DNA from: Squalus acanthias | Lineage: Eukaryota | Length of the DNA stretch: 64,000 nucleotides | Assembly (NCBI GenBank): GCA_030390025.1 | Contig: CM059432.1 | Span: 90,336,001-90,400,000 of the forward strand | Direction of reading: 5' to 3' | Part shown: positions 11,558-25,842 of the stretch, piece after piece | How the letters are laid out: every line of letters begins with the position of its first letter | Position numbering within the stretch: the first letter of the stretch is position 1 | Notes under the pieces: generated by a model | Database searches by the model: none | What the model was told of the DNA's origin: nothing | Seen by the model: the letters and a program-made list of their open reading frames with translations, nothing else | Translations under genes and position numbers: made by a program

Positions 11558-13930
11558 TTTCATTCATTCATGGGGTGTGAGTATCGCTGACAAGGCCAGC
11601 ATTTATTGCCCATCCCTAATTGCCCTTGAGAAGGTGGTGGTGAGCCGCCTTTTGAACCACTGCAGTTCGTGAAGGTACTCCCACAGTGCTGTTAGGGAGG
11701 GAGTTCCAGGATTTTGAGCCAGCGACGATGAAGGAACGGCGATATACTTCCAAGTCAGGATGGTGTGTGACTTGGAGGGGAACTTGGAGGTGGTGGTGTT
11801 CACATGCGTCTGCTGCCCTTGTCCTTCTAGGTGGAAGAGGTCGTGAGTTTGGGAGGTGCTGCCGAAGAAGCCTTGGCGAGTTGCTGCAGTGCATCTTGTA
11901 GATGGTACACACTGCAGCCACGGTACGCCGGTGGTGGAGGGAGTGAATGTTTAAGGTGGTGGATGGGGTGCCAATCAAGTGGGTTGCTTTGTCCTGGATG
12001 GTGTCGAGCTTCTTGAGTGTTGTTGGAGCTGCACTCATCCAGGCAAGTGGAGAGTATTCCATCACACTCCTTACTTGTGCCTTGTAGATGGTGGAAAGGC
12101 TTTGGGGAGTCAGGTGGTGAGACACTCGCCGCAGAATACCTAGCCTCTGACATGCTCTTGTTGCCACAGTATTTATGTGGCTGGTCCAGTTAAGTTTCTG
12201 GTCAATGGTGACCCTCAGGATGTTGATGGTGGGGAATTCGGCGATGGTAATGCTGTTGAATGTCAAGGGTTAGACTCTTGCATGTTGGAGATAGTCATTG
12301 CCTGGCACTTCTGTGGCATGAATGTTACCTGCCACTTATCAACCCAAGCCTGAATGTCGTTCCAGGTCTTGTTGCATGCGGGCATAGACTGCTTCATTAT
12401 CTGAGGAGTTGCAAATGGCACTGAACACTGTGCAGTCATCAACAAACATCCCCATTTCTGACCTTATGTTGGAGGGAAGGTCATTGATGAAGCAGCTGAA
12501 GATGGTTGGGCCTAGAACACTGCCCTGAGGAACTCCTTCAGCAATGTCCTGGGGCTGAGATGATTGACCTCCAACCACCACAACCATTTTCCTTTGTGCT
12601 AAGTATGACTCCAGCCAGTGGAGATTTTTCCCTCCGATTCCCATTGACTTCAGTTTTACTGGGGCTCCTTGATGCCACACTCGATTAAATGCTGTCTTGA
12701 TGTCAAGGGCCGTCACTCTCATCTCACCTCTGGAATTCAGCTCCTTTGTCCATGTTTGGACCAAGGCTGTAATAAGGTCTGGAGCCGAGTGGTCCTGACG
12801 GAACCCAAACTGGGCATCAGTGAGCAGGTTATTGGTGAGTAAGTGCCACTTGATAGCACTGTCGACGACACCTTCCATCACTTTGCTGATGATTGAGAGT
12901 AGACTGATGGGTCGGTAATTGGCCGGATTGGATTTGTCCTGCTTTTTGTGGACAGGACATACCTGGGCAGTTTTCCACATTGTCGAATAGATGCCAGTGT
13001 TGCAGCTGTACTGGAACAGCTTGGCTAGAGGCGCGGCTAGTTCTGGAGCACAAGTCTTCAGCACGACAGCCAAGATGTTGTCGGGGCCCATAGCCTTTGT
13101 TGTATCCTGTGCGCTCAGCGGTTTCTTGATATCACGTGGAGTGAAGCGAACTGGATGAAGACTGGCTTCTGTGATGGTGGGGACCTCAGGCAGTAGCCGA
13201 TATGGATCATCCACACGGCACTTCTGGCTGAAGATGGTTGCAAACACTTCAGCCTTGTCTTTTGCACTAATGTGCTGGGCTCCACCACCATTGAGGATGG
13301 GGATATTCATGGAGTCTCCTCCTCCCGTTAGTTGTTTAATGGTCCACCACCATTCACGACTGGATGTGGCAGGACTGCAGAACTTTGATCTGATCTGTTG
13401 ATTGTGGGATCGCTTAGATCTGTCTAAAGCATGCTGCTTTCGCTTTTTAGCATGTATGTAGTCCTTCCTGTGTTGCAGCTTCCCCAGGTTGGCACCTCAT
13501 TTTTAGGTATGCCTGGTGCTGCTCCTGGCATGATCTACTACATTCCTTATTGAACCAGGGTTGTTCCCCTGGCTTGATGGTAATGGTGGAGTGAGGGATA
13601 TGCTGGGCCATGAGTTTACAGATTGTGGTGGAATACAATTCTGCTGCTGCTGATGGCCCACAGCACCTCATGGATGCCCAGTTTTGAGCTGCTCGATCTG
13701 TTCTGAATCTGTCCCATTTAGCACGGTGGTAGTGCCACACAACCCAATGCAGGGTGACCTCAGTGTGAAGACGGGATTTCGTCTCCACAATGACTGTGCG
13801 GTGGTCACTGCTACCAATGCTGTCATGGACAGATGCATCTGCGACAGGTAGATTGGTGAGGTTGAGGTCAAGTACGTTTTCCCCTCGTGTTGGTTCTCTC
13901 ACCACCTGTCGCAGGCCCAGACTGGCAGCT
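11558..13930 (-). mobile_element. LINE family B, 2.4-kb copy (end of endonuclease, RT, 3' end)
   Basis: ORFs 13447..13905, 12339..13310 and 11616..12266 form one frameshifted ORF2 (EPTRGENVLDL; NYRPISLLS; PQGSVLGP; MFVDD; HHHLLKGN*). Confidence 0.92.
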
Positions 13931-14302
13931 ATATTTCAAAAGCGTTCTGAGGATCCAGGTGCAAAATATAGATTGCATTTCGCCCATCAATAATTTATTT
14001 GAAAAGCTCCCAACAGGTTAGTTAAACATGGCCTTCCTTTCCTGAGCTATGCTGATTCTTTCAAAGTTATGCTCTTTCAAGTATATCTCTTCAAATTGTT
14101 TCAAAGACTTTTCCTACAATTTTGCTTACTTGTCCATAGCTTCCAGGTATGCTTCTTGACTCTTTTTTTTTAAAAATTAGCTACATTAACCACTTTCCAA
14201 TCCTTACAAATCTCTTCTAAATTTAACAAATTTACAAAAATGGCAACAAAGTTTCAGTAATTTCAGTCCCTCAAGATTTACAGGACGGGGCAGTTTTTAG
14301 AT

Positions 14303-17300
14303 AGTCATAGAGTTATACAGCACAGAAAGAGGCCCTTCGGCCCATCGTGTCCGCGCCGGCCATCAAGCCCTGTCTATTCTAATCCCATTTTCCAGCACTT
14401 GGTCCATAGCCTTGTATGCTATGGCATTTCAAGTGCTCATCTAAATGCTTCTTGAATGTTTTGAGGGTTCCTGCCTCTACCACAACTTTTCAGGCAGTGA
14501 GTTTCAGATTCCAGCCACCCTCTGGGTGAAAAAGTTTTTCCTCCAATCCCCTCTAAACCTCCTGCCCCTTACCTTGAAACTATGCCCCCTGGTTATTGAC
14601 CCCTCTACTAAGGGGAAAAGTTCCTTTCTATCTACCCTATCTATGCCCCTCATAATTTTGTACACTTCAATCAGGTCTCCCCTCAGCCTTCTCTGCTCTA
14701 AGGAAAACAACCCCAGCCTGTCCAGTCTCTCTTCATAGCTGAAGCGCTGCAGTCCAGCTAACATCCTGGTGAATCTCCTCTGCACCCTCTCCAATGCAAT
14801 CACATCCTTCCTATAGTGTGGCGAGCAGAACTGCACACAGTATTCCAGCTGTGGCCTAACTAGCGTTTTGTACAGCTCCATCATAACCTCCCTGCTCTTA
14901 GCCTCGGCCAATGAAGGCAAGTATCCCATATGCCTTTTTAACCACCTTATCTACCTGTCCTGCTGCCTTCAGGGATCTATGTACATGCACACCAAGGTCC
15001 CTCTGATCCCCTGTCCTTCCTAGGGTCCTACATAGAAACATAGAAACATAGAAAATAGGTACAGGAGTAGACCATTCGGTCCTTCGAGCCTGCACCGCCA
15101 TTCAATGCGTTCATGGCTGAACATGCTACCTCAGTACCCCATTCCTGCTTTCTCGCCATACCCCTTGATCCCCCTAGTTGTGAGTGTTATATCTAACTCC
15201 CTTTTGAATATATTTAGCGAGCTGGCCTCAACAACCTTCTGTGGAAGAGAATTCCATAGATTCACCACTCTCTGGGTGAAGAAGTTCCTCCTCAGCTCAG
15301 TCTTAAATGGCTTCCCCTTAATCCTTAGACTGTGACCCCTGGTTCTAGTTTTCCCTAACATTGGGAACATTCTGCCCGCATCTAATTTGTCTAAACCAGT
15401 CAGGATTTTAAATGTCTCTATAAGATCCCCCCTCATTCTTCTGAACTCCAGAGGATACAAGTTCAGTTGACCCAATCTTTCTTGATATGTCAGTCCGGCC
15501 ATCCCAGGAATCAATCTAGTGAACCTTCGCTGCACTCCCTCAATAGCAAGAATGTCCTTCCTTAAGTTAGGAGACCAAAACTGCGCACAATACTCCAGGT
15601 GTGGCCTCACCAAGGCCCTGTACAACTGCAGCATCACCTCCCTACTCCTGTACTCAAATCCCCTTACTATGAAGGCCATCATTCCGTTTGCTTTCTTGAC
15701 TGCCTGCTGCACTTGCATTCCCACCTTCAGTGACTGATGTACCATGACGCCCAGGTCTCGTTGCACGTCCCCTTTCCCTAATCTGCCACCATTCAGGTAA
15801 TAGTCCGCCTCTCTATTTTTACCACCAAAGTGGATAACCTCACATTTATCCACATTGTACTTCATCTGCCATACATTTGCCCATTCACCCAATCTGTCCA
15901 AGTCACTCTGTAGCCTCCTAGCATCCTCCTCATTGTTCACACTGCCTCCCAATTTAGTGTCATCCGCAAATTTGGAGATATTACATTTAATCCCTTCGTC
16001 CAAATCATTAATATATAATGTAAACAGCTGGGGTCCCAGCACCGAACCCTGCGGTACCCCGCTGGTCACTGCCTGCCATTCTGAAAAGTACCCATTTACT
16101 CCTACTCTTTGTTTCCTGTGTGCCAACCAGTTCTCAATCCACGTCAACACATTACCCCCAATCCCATGTGCTTTAACTTTGCTCACCAATCTCTTGTGTG
16201 GGACCTTGTCGAAGGCCTTCTGAAAGTCCAAATACACCACATCTACTGGTTCCCCCCTGTCCACCCTATTGGAAACATCCTCAAAAAATTCCAGAAGATT
16301 TGTCAAGCATGATTTCCCTTTCACAAATCCATGCTGACTTGGACCTATCATGTCGCCACTTTCCAAATGGTCTGTTATGACATCTTTAATAATTGCTTCC
16401 ATCATTTTACCTGCTTTCTCCCTCCCTCCTTTTTTAAAAAGAGGGGTTACATTGGCCACCCTCCACTCCATCGGAACTGATCCAGAGTCTAAGGAATGTT
16501 GGAAAATGATCGTCAATGCATCCACTATTTCCAAGGCCACCTCCTTAAGTACTCTGGGATGCAGACCATCAGGCCCCGGGGATTTTTCAGCCTTCAGTCC
16601 CATCAATTTCCCCAATACCTTTTCCCGACTAATAAGGATTTCCCTCAGCTCCTCCCTCTTACCAGATCCTCTGACCCCTTTTATTTCCGGCAGGTTGTGT
16701 GTGTCCTCCACAGTAAACACCGAACCAAAGTACTTGTTCAATTGATCTGCCATTTCCTTGTTCCCCATTACGACTTCCCCTGTTTCCGACTGCAGGGGAC
16801 CTACGTTTGTTTTTACTAACCTCTTTCTTTTTACATATTTATAGAAGCTTTTGCAGTCCATTTTAATGTTCTCTGCAAGCTTCCTTTCATATTTTATTTT
16901 CCCTGCCCTAATCAAACCCTTCGTCCTCCTTTGCTGAGTTTTGAAGTTCTCCCAGTCCCCGGGTTTGCTGCTACTTCTGGCCAATTTGTATGCAACTTCC
17001 TTGGTTTTAATACTATCCCTGATTTCCCTTGTTAGCCATGGTTGAGCCACCTTCCCTTTTTATTTTTACGCCAGACCGGGATGTACAATTGTTGTAGTTC
17101 ATCCATGCGATCTCTAAATGTCTGCCATTGCCCTTCCACTGATAGCCCCTTAAATATCGCTTGCCAATTTAACCTCGCCAATTCACGCCTCATACCATCA
17201 AAGTTGCCCTTATTTAAGTTCTGGACCATGGTCTCTGACTTAACTGTTTCCTTCTCCATCCTAATGTAGAACTCCACCATACTATGGTCACTCTTCCCCA

Positions 17301-19595
17301 GGGGGCCTCGCACCACAAGATTGCTGATTAGTCCTTCCTCATTACACAACACCCAGTCCAGGATGGCCTCCCCTCGAGTTGGTTCCTCAACATATTGGTT
17401 TAGGAAACCATCCCTTAAACACTCCAGGAAATCCTCCTCCACCGTATTGCTTCCAGTTTGAGTAGCCCAATCTATATGCATATTAAAGTCACCCATGATA
17501 ACTGCCGTGCCTTTTTTGCACGCACCTCTGATTTCCTGTTTCATACCCTCCCCCACCTCACTACTGCTGTTTGGAGGTCTGTACACAACTCCCACTAACG
17601 TTTTCTGCCCTTTGGTGTTCTGCAGCTCAACCCATATTGATTCCACATCCTCCAAGCTGATGTCCTTCCTAGCTATTGCATTAACCTCCTCTTTAACCAG
17701 CAATGCTACCCCACCCCCTTTTCCTTTTATTCTATCCTTTCTGAATGTTGAATACCCCTGGATGTTCAGTTCCCAGCCTTGATTGTTCTGGAGCCACGTC
17801 TCTGTAATCCCAATCACATCGTATCCGTTAACATCTATTTGCACAGTCAATTCATCCACCTTATTACGGATACTCCTTGCATTAAGACACAGAGCCTTTA
17901 GGCTTATTTTATTAACATCCTTTGTCCTTTTAGACTTATGATTTAGTATGGCCCATTCATTGTGTATTCCCTTGCCTTGTTAGTCCTCCCAAAATGCATC
18001 ACCTCACACTATTCAGGGTTAAATTCCACTGTTCTGCCCTTCTGACCAACCCATCTATATAGTCCTGTAGCCTGAGGCTTCCCTCCTCGCTATTTACCAC
18101 CCCACCAATTTCCGTGTCATCTGCGAACTTACTGATCATACCTCCTACATTCATATCTAAATCATTAATGTACACTACAAACAGCAAAGGACCCAGCACC
18201 GATCCCTGCGGTACACCACTGGACTCAGGCTTCCAGTCACAAAAACAACCTTCGACCATTACCCTCTGCCTCCTGCCACGAAGCCAATTTTGGATCCAAT
18301 GTGCCAAGTTGCCCTGGATCCCATGGGCTCTTACCTTCTTGACCAGTCTCCCATGCGAGACTTTGTCAAAAGCCTTACTGAAGTCCATGTAGACCACATC
18401 AACTGCACTACCCTCATCCACACACCTAGTCACCCCCTCTCAAAATTCAATCAAATTGGTCAGACATGATCTCCCCCTGACAAAGCTATGCTGACTATCC
18501 TTGATTAATCCTTGCCTCTCCAAATGGAGACTAATTCTGTCCCTCAGAATTTTTTCCAATAATTTCCCTACCACTGATGTTAGGCTCACTGGCCTGTAAT
18601 TCCCTGGTTTATCCCTACTACCCTTCTTGAATAATGGTACTATGTTAGCTGTTCTCCAGTCCTCTGGCACCTCTCCTGTGACCAGAGAGGTTCTGAAAAT
18701 GTGTGTCAGAGCCCCTGCAATCTCCTCCCTTGCCTCACACAGCAGCCTGGGATACATCTCATCTGGGCCTGGGAATTTATCCACTTTTAAGCCTGCTAAA
18801 ACCTCCTCCCTCTCAATACTAATTTGTTCAAGTATATCACAATCCCCCTACCTGATTTCTATGCCTACATCGTCCTTCTCCATCGTGAACACAGATGCAA
18901 AATATTCATTTAAAACCTCACCTACATCTTCTGGCTCTACACACAGATTGCCACTTTGGTCCCTAATGGGCCCTACTCTTTCCCTGGTTATCCTCTTGCC
19001 CTTAATATACTTATAAAACACCTTGGGATTTTCCTTTATTTTGCCCGCCAGTGTTTTTTCATACCCCCTCTTCGCTCTCCTAATTTCTTTTTTAAGTACC
19101 CCCCTGAACTTTCTATACTCCTCTAGGGCTTCAACTGTTTTCAGTCCTTTGTATCTGCCAAAAGCCTCCCTTTTTTTCCTAATCCATTCTCGTATATCCC
19201 TGGACATCCAGGGTTCCCTGGGCTTGTTGGCCCCACACTTGACCTTTACGGGAACATGTTGGTGTTGTACTCTATTTCCTTTCTGAAAGATTCCCACTGC
19301 TCTGATGTGGATTTTCCTACAAGTAGCTGATCCCAGTCCACTTTGGCCAGATCCTGCCTTATCATATTAAAATCGGCCTTCCCCCAATTTAGAACCTTTA
19401 TTTCTGGTCCATCTTTGTCCTTTTCCATGACTACCTTAAATCTCACCGAATTATGGTCACTGTCACCAAAATGCTCTCCTACTGACACTTCTACCACTTG
19501 CCCGGCTACATTCCCTAGAATTAGGTCCAGTACCGCCCCCTCTCTTGTAGGACTTTCTGTATGCTGGCTCAAAAAGCTCTCCTGGATGCACTTTT
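14303..19595 (-). mobile_element. CR1 LINE (outer copy), split by a second CR1 at ~15031-17952
   Basis: ORFs 19246..19572, 18848..19297, 18440..18784, 17999..18433 and 14504..14929 are collinear. Outer sequence AGGGTCCTA|CCATTCATTGTG rejoins across the insert. Confidence 0.9.
15031..17952 (-). mobile_element. CR1 LINE with near-complete ORF2 (APE endonuclease + RT)
   Basis: CLNARSIRNKVDEL...GITETWL...MGDFN...SDH (ORF 17032..17859) then RT with KFADD (ORF 15131..17050). One frameshift near 17050; tail is an 8-bp (TTTCTATG)n repeat. Confidence 0.95.
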
Positions 19596-20839
19596 AAGAA
19601 TTCCACACCCTTTTTCTGAGGTTTCTACAGTTCTTCCACTGAAGTTACAGCAGGCAAGCAGGAGAACCCCATAGAAATTCACCCCAATGGTGTCTGTTAT
19701 TTTTTTTTGTCCCGGCTTTATTGTTTTCTACCATTGACCCTTAATTTAGTCCATTTTTTTTTTAAACGTAGATAATTTTGTATCTACAAAATAGCTGCTT
19801 TAAGAAAACATGAAAAATGTTATCCTTAATTCAATAAACAAAACATATTTTGGCATGAGAAGCAGATATATAAATGTTGTTGTTAGGGTATGCTTAAATC
19901 TTCTGTAAAACACTGAGCCACTACAGTGTAGTATATTACACATGTAGGGGTAATTTTTTCTATGCTAAATTGCTTTTGTTCCCCTACTTCCTAATTTTTC
20001 ATTGAATTACTGTTCACATAGGAAAGATTTAACAGGATAGGCATGTTAACTGTAAAATCAGGCTTGGTGTAATTGTGAAAGATTCTACAGTAAATGTATG
20101 CAATTTGCACTCAGCCTTACCACCAAATGCTCTGTTTAGAGTTATGGTCAGCCAAATAACTTTCTTTCCCTTTTACCTAAATAGAGGAGGTACAATAATT
20201 TTAGTTATTGCAATACAATACATCAACTTAAGCTAATTTTGCGGAGGGCAGCAAGAAGACAATCTACAATTGTTTGATACTGAAAGTGTGCATTCCTGAA
20301 GGGTCTGCAGATCAAGGCAACTGCAGTGAAGGAAGTAGCTTTTTGCCAAGCAGGTGCTTCCCATTGAGCTACAATTGACCCAGAAGGCAATCAACAGGTG
20401 CTATAATTTCTGAAAACAGATCGTACACTTCAGAGAAAGGAGATGCTATGATTGCCACGTAGGAATCTCTAGTGAGACAGACTGGAGACTATGTGAACTC
20501 AGCAATTGAGGACAGAAGGCAATAAAAACTTGCCTTGAAATGCACTATTGAAAGTAATTTGCCTGAGCTGCAAAAAATTAGAGGGAAGCTGTGAAGTTCA
20601 CCTTTGGGATCTGTAATGTTCATCTTATAAAAAGTGCATTAATTGAGAATGTACTGAAATGTAATTAAGCATAGTTTATGCTGAGAAAGGATGCTCTTAA
20701 TTCTTTACTGGTGATGCAAATAAACCCTGGGAGATTTACCCTACTTTAGACCTAGGCACATTTGATAACAATGCTCTGATAGATACTGGATCTAATCACC
20801 AGGCAATACATGTTACAGCATGTACAAATGTTCAATATT

Positions 20840-21111
20840 GGCCCAGAATTTGCTGGAGCAGGACATCTTGCGGTGTGCCCCATTCGTTAGATTTTTTTTC
20901 TTCATCCTTCAGCTCGAAAATATCTTGTGCTGCAAATTGCTGGCAGTGCAGAAGGTCCTATTTTTATGGAGTGGCGCAAATCATCCAGCAATTTGTGGTG
21001 ATTCGCAACTCATGGCGTATCACTTTCTTCCCACAAATTGCTGGGTTATTTACAGACGAATAGCGACGTGCGCATTAAACTCGCTGTTATTTTCCCAGCA
21101 TATTCTGGGCC
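20840..21111. mobile_element. MITE (272 bp)
   Basis: TIR GGCCCAGAATTTGCTGG / CCAGCATATTCTGGGCC (16 of 17 match); flanks ATT / TTT. A similar right end occurs at ~37705-37719. Confidence 0.8.
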
Positions 21112-21469
21112 TTTACTTAATAGGACTCCACAGAGGTTTTTTATGTAATTATTCTCTAAGTAATAATTTTCCTCAGTAAAGGTTTTATAATTATGGATTA
21201 ATAAGGGACTTGTTATTAAGACTGGAATGTAGAACTTTATCTCTCACTATTTTTTCACTGTTCAATATAGCCATTGGGAGTGTATACAATGGAAATACAC
21301 TAAGGCGCAATTTAATAATTCCATGAAGGGTGAGTGCAGGTAGATAAAAGCCAATTAACATTGTTTTTAAATAGGGACATGGCGGGCAAATTTTCATTTG
21401 GGTTCTTCCAATCGTCCGTCGTAGCTTTGGTTGAAGAGCTGCAGAAACCCTGGGAAAACAAGTACAAAG

Positions 21470-22005
21470 AGGTAATGATCAATTTGTAGAAGGCAAAAAG
21501 TTGGCCACAGAGTAGTGTGTGTAGTTTTGGGTGCAGCATTATAGAAAAGATGTTAAAGTCACAGACAAAATACAGTGTAGATTCACCAGGATGATACCAG
21601 GGATGAGAAACTGTAGTTTTACAAGAGAGACTGGAGATAAATTTCCACTGCAGCAGAGAAAGCCAAGAGATTTATGAAGGATTTTGATGGGGTGAATACA
21701 GTAAGACTATTTTTTCTGGTAGGGAAGTCATTGCCAAGGGGGTCATCAATTTAAGATGGTCACCAAGGGAGTGAGGAGAATTGTTTACGCAGAGTTATTC
21801 GAGCATGTAATGCTTCACCACAGGGGAGTAATTTAGGCAGAGATCATTGCACCTTTTAAGGAAAAAGTGGATAAACATTTGAAGCAGAAGACTACAGGGT
21901 GAGAGCAAGAAATGGGAATAGTTTTGGAATGCTCTAGCAATGAACTGGCATATACAAAATGCACCAAATGCCTTCCTTCAGTGATGCAAACTTTTATGAT
22001 TCTAA
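21470..22005 (+). mobile_element. Old CR1 3' fragment
   Basis: Degenerate KYKEVMINL...RFTRMIPGMR; tail TTTTATGATTCT. Confidence 0.7.
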
Positions 22006-22569
22006 GAATTCTGGAACAATTTTGATCCAAGTTGGGCAGTAACTATCCACAAAAATGAGAATTGCTGAGTATCAGTTTTGTTGTAGATAGCAATAACCAA
22101 ACTCAGACACCCAGCAGCACTGCAACTCTGTATTGTTCTTGTGCAAGTCAAGTTGTTTTAACAAAATTTTATTGTGCAATTGTTGCTTTTTTTCCTCCAC
22201 TTATTCTGAAAATAAGCTACTGATCCACTCACAGCCCCAACAAACTAAAGAAGAAGAACTTTGAGGATCATATTCTTTTGAAAGAACAAGGGGAAGAAAT
22301 TGGTTAGGGCCCTTTTTCAGGCACATAAACAGTGGCATGCTGACAGTGTGCACCCCAACCAGGAAGCCCAAGGCCCCTCATTAACATGTGCAAGAGCCCA
22401 ACAGTTGTTTTAGGCAGCCACACGAGATGTCTAAAAAATGGGCTCAACAAATTTAGTAGTGGCTCAAGCGCACGTGCAGATTGGCCATGGGCTTGGGCAC
22501 ACATGCCAATTTGTACCCCGAAATGGTGTTTGTGTAGAAAGCCAAATGCTGGAGGTTCATGAACTTTAG

Positions 22570-23760
22570 AAACATAGAAAATTTTAAGGCTGGAAAAGAC
22601 CATAGGTCCATTTAGTCAACTTTCTTGTTGTTCGACAATTGTAACCAAGATACTTGTTTAATTTGACCTTGAGGAGATCGAAGCTGTATGCTCCTGCAAC
22701 CTCCCTTGATGAGATAGCTAAAAACTGACCATCCTCTCAGTGAAGTAATGCTTTTATATTCTGCTGAAACTCATATACTCATGGCCCAATATTCTATCAT
22801 GTACCAAATCAAATATCCCTGCCTGATCCTCTGTATTCCTGAGCCATATTCATTTGGCACCTCCATCATATAGCCCCATAGTCTTCTCCTTCAACAAAAA
22901 TAGTCTCAGTTTTGAGAGTTTATTCCATGTGTTGTATTCTCTAATCTTCTCATCATTCTTGTAGCACTTCTTCCAGCTCACCTGCATCACTCCTGTACTG
23001 AGGTCTCAAGAACTACACAAAATACTCCAGGTGTGGCCTGACCAATGCTTTATTGCAATGGCAGGATAACCTCCTTTAATGTACATTCTATTCCTCTTTT
23101 TATACAACCTAATTTTCTTTCTTGACAGCAGCTAGAGATTGGCTTGATGTTTTGAGGGATTTATCAAATGTGATTCTCGGATCCCTTTCCTAAATTGTTT
23201 TGTCAGTATTCACCCAAGTGCATATTTTTATGCTCATCTACATTAAACTGCCGCTGCCATTTGTTGACTCATCCCCCCAGTTTACGTTCCCTTGTAGCTT
23301 GTCCCAATCTTACATGATATTAACTACATCTTTTTATAAATGAAGCTGCTGACACCCTCTTCCAGATCATAGAACACAGAGCCCTACAGGAACCTATTCG
23401 TTACACCTCTCCATAAAATAATGAATTATTACAGAGATAGACACATTGAGGTTTATCTGCTGGACATCATCTACATGTAGCAGAATCAGCACAGAAAGGT
23501 AAATTTACGAGTGAAGGAATATAGACCCTCTGCTTCCTATTGCACAGCCACATTTGAATCCACCTTAGCACGCTGCCACCAGTACTATACCTGTTAATTT
23601 TCTTAACTAGAAACACTATTAAAATCCAAGTAAACCACACTAATAATGTCACCCCCATCCACATCCTTAGTTACTTTATGAACAAATCCTATTAAACTGG
23701 TCAGTTATAACTTTCCCATTTTGTAAATCCCTGCTGACTCTTGCCAATTAGTTTAAATAA
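22570..23760 (-). mobile_element. Old CR1 RT/3' fragment
   Basis: AATACTCCAGGTGTGGCCTGACC (= VRPHLEY) at ~23021; WIQMWLCNRKQRV in ORF 23467..23664. Confidence 0.7.
23413..23521 (+). repeat. ~109-bp direct repeat, copy 1
   Basis: Matches 25208-25316 with about 6 substitutions. Confidence 0.9.
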
Positions 23761-25207
23761 GGGCCTTATTTTATGGGCATTTTCGAAAGGACTGTTTTCC
23801 CATCCTTACTATGAACCAATGGTAATTTTGAATATTAAATATAGCTAAAAAGCAGTTTTAACACATCCTCACTGAAAAAGCCAGATTTCACATTGAAATA
23901 CGAAAGAATGGAAATTATCAAAGCACAGTACCAATATTGCAGCATAGTCTTTTGATAATACACATCATATTCAGCTATCTATATATAATAAAGTAGGGAG
24001 CATATTGACTGTAGTGTATTTTGAATATAGGTCAGGTTTTTTCTTTGAATATTCATCAATATTCAAATGTTTCATTGGTCAATTATCGTTTCTTTTTACT
24101 CATTGGTTAAATCTCCATTCTAATTGGTTATTTTCAACTTTTGTTAGTCACCAATCATATTTCACAAAATATTACAGCACCCAATTTTATGCCCTAAAAA
24201 TAAACTATGATATAAAGATTAAAAAATCCAAAATTTACAAACAAGTTCCCCATCTCATCTCCTAATCACTCAGGCATCTCTCCCTACTCCCCCATGAACA
24301 GCCTTGACCCTAGATACACCTCCCATGCTAGCAGACAGCACTACATCCACCTACAACCCTCCAATTCAGGGTCCAGCTCATTGTGTAAATGCTTGATGTG
24401 AAAAATACATGCACATGTGCAGTAGACCAAAGGCAAGTGTGTGTTGATGTCTCTCTCTGCTTTCTCTCACTCCATGATTAGTCCTCATTGTGAGAGGTTG
24501 CTGGATGAAAAGACAGACTACTGAAGGGAAAGGTTCCAGTTGGTGGAGATCTTTGGAGGAACAGACAAAGCACTAGGAACAGTGAGAGACTGACAGCTAT
24601 GAACATAAAGGGAAAGTGGGAGAGTAATAAACACAGAAAAACCAGAAGAAAGTAATACAGAAAGAACAAGAGGAAATAAAGAGAGTATCAGAAGCATGGG
24701 GGAGCACAGATCAGCTCTTATAAGGGCTAGGGGGTGGGGGCTCTTCAAACCTCTGGCCGTGCATACTAGACACTGCAAACATTGGCATACAAACAGCAGC
24801 AGTGGTGGTCAAGTCTGCCACATGTCCAAATGTTCTCAGTCCAAAAAGCACAAAGAGCTGCACAGGCAGCATCAGTCTCACCTCAGCACTGCAGCCTGTC
24901 AATGTGTTCTCTATCCTCACACCCACCCACTGGATAAACTAAGCCCTCAAGAGAAAACTGTAAGACCTTGATAAGAAGCAAAGCTCAGTACAGGTGACAT
25001 ATATGGAACACTATGTTCCAGATCTCAAAAGTACCCATGAGAAATGTCATGGAAAGCCTAATAAAGTTATAAAATATACACTGCCATTTCTTTTTGGCAG
25101 CATGGATGATTTAGCACTATCAATCCAATATACATTTTTTCCCCAATCAATTTAGAAAAAAACAAATTTTCACAGTAAAAAGGAAAAAGTGATGCAAAAT
25201 GAATGGA

Positions 25208-25316
25208 ATAAGATAATGAATTATTACAGAGGTAGACACATTGAGGTTTATCTGCTGGACATCATCTACATGTAGCAGGATCAGCACAGAAAGGTAAATT
25301 GATGAATGAAGGAATA
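25208..25316 (+). repeat. ~109-bp direct repeat, copy 2 (likely the source)
   Basis: Matches 23413-23521; lies in non-repeat-looking AT-rich DNA. Confidence 0.9.
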
Positions 25317-25836
25317 AAGAAATGACAGGCTGATTACCTTTTGATTATTTTGTAAAACTGATGAGACAGCAGATGGTATTCCATTGCATTAAAAGACTGA
25401 GCACAGCATTTTTCTTCTCTCACATTCCTCATATTGGGACTGTGTGTTAGCTTCCCCCTCCCTCAACTCAGTTCAGTAAGATTGGAAATTACTGAATATC
25501 TGCAATCAAATTTGTTTTCCCAGGAAAACTGATGAATCACTTATTGCCAGTGACTGGAAGGAAAAGCTGTTGTTTACGCCCTTATATAAATGAAATTTTA
25601 GGCGATACACTTTATGGAAAATATAACTCAAAGCAGGAGCAGCCACAATAGTGTTCTGGGATGACAATAAATGAAAGGACTGATTCAAACTATTAGTGAA
25701 AGGATGTACAAATGTTTGAAGAATCTATTCTATTTCTTTTGCAGGGCTTTATACAAATTGTTTACATATTTTCTCTCATTAAGTAATGAATTAATACACT
25801 AAACTTAATATAGTAGACATTTGTATGAATCACCAT

Positions 25837-25842
25837 TTTATT
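25837..25842 (-). terminator. Candidate PEX2 polyadenylation signal (AATAAA)
   Basis: TTTATT on the plus strand, ~2.3 kb downstream of the PEX2 stop in AT-rich, UTR-like sequence. Confidence 0.35.

Noticed and set aside
24400..24970. Possible exon or transposon coding remnant (ORFs 24696..24971 and others)
   Set aside because: No recognisable motif or convincing splice-site pair; left unassigned.
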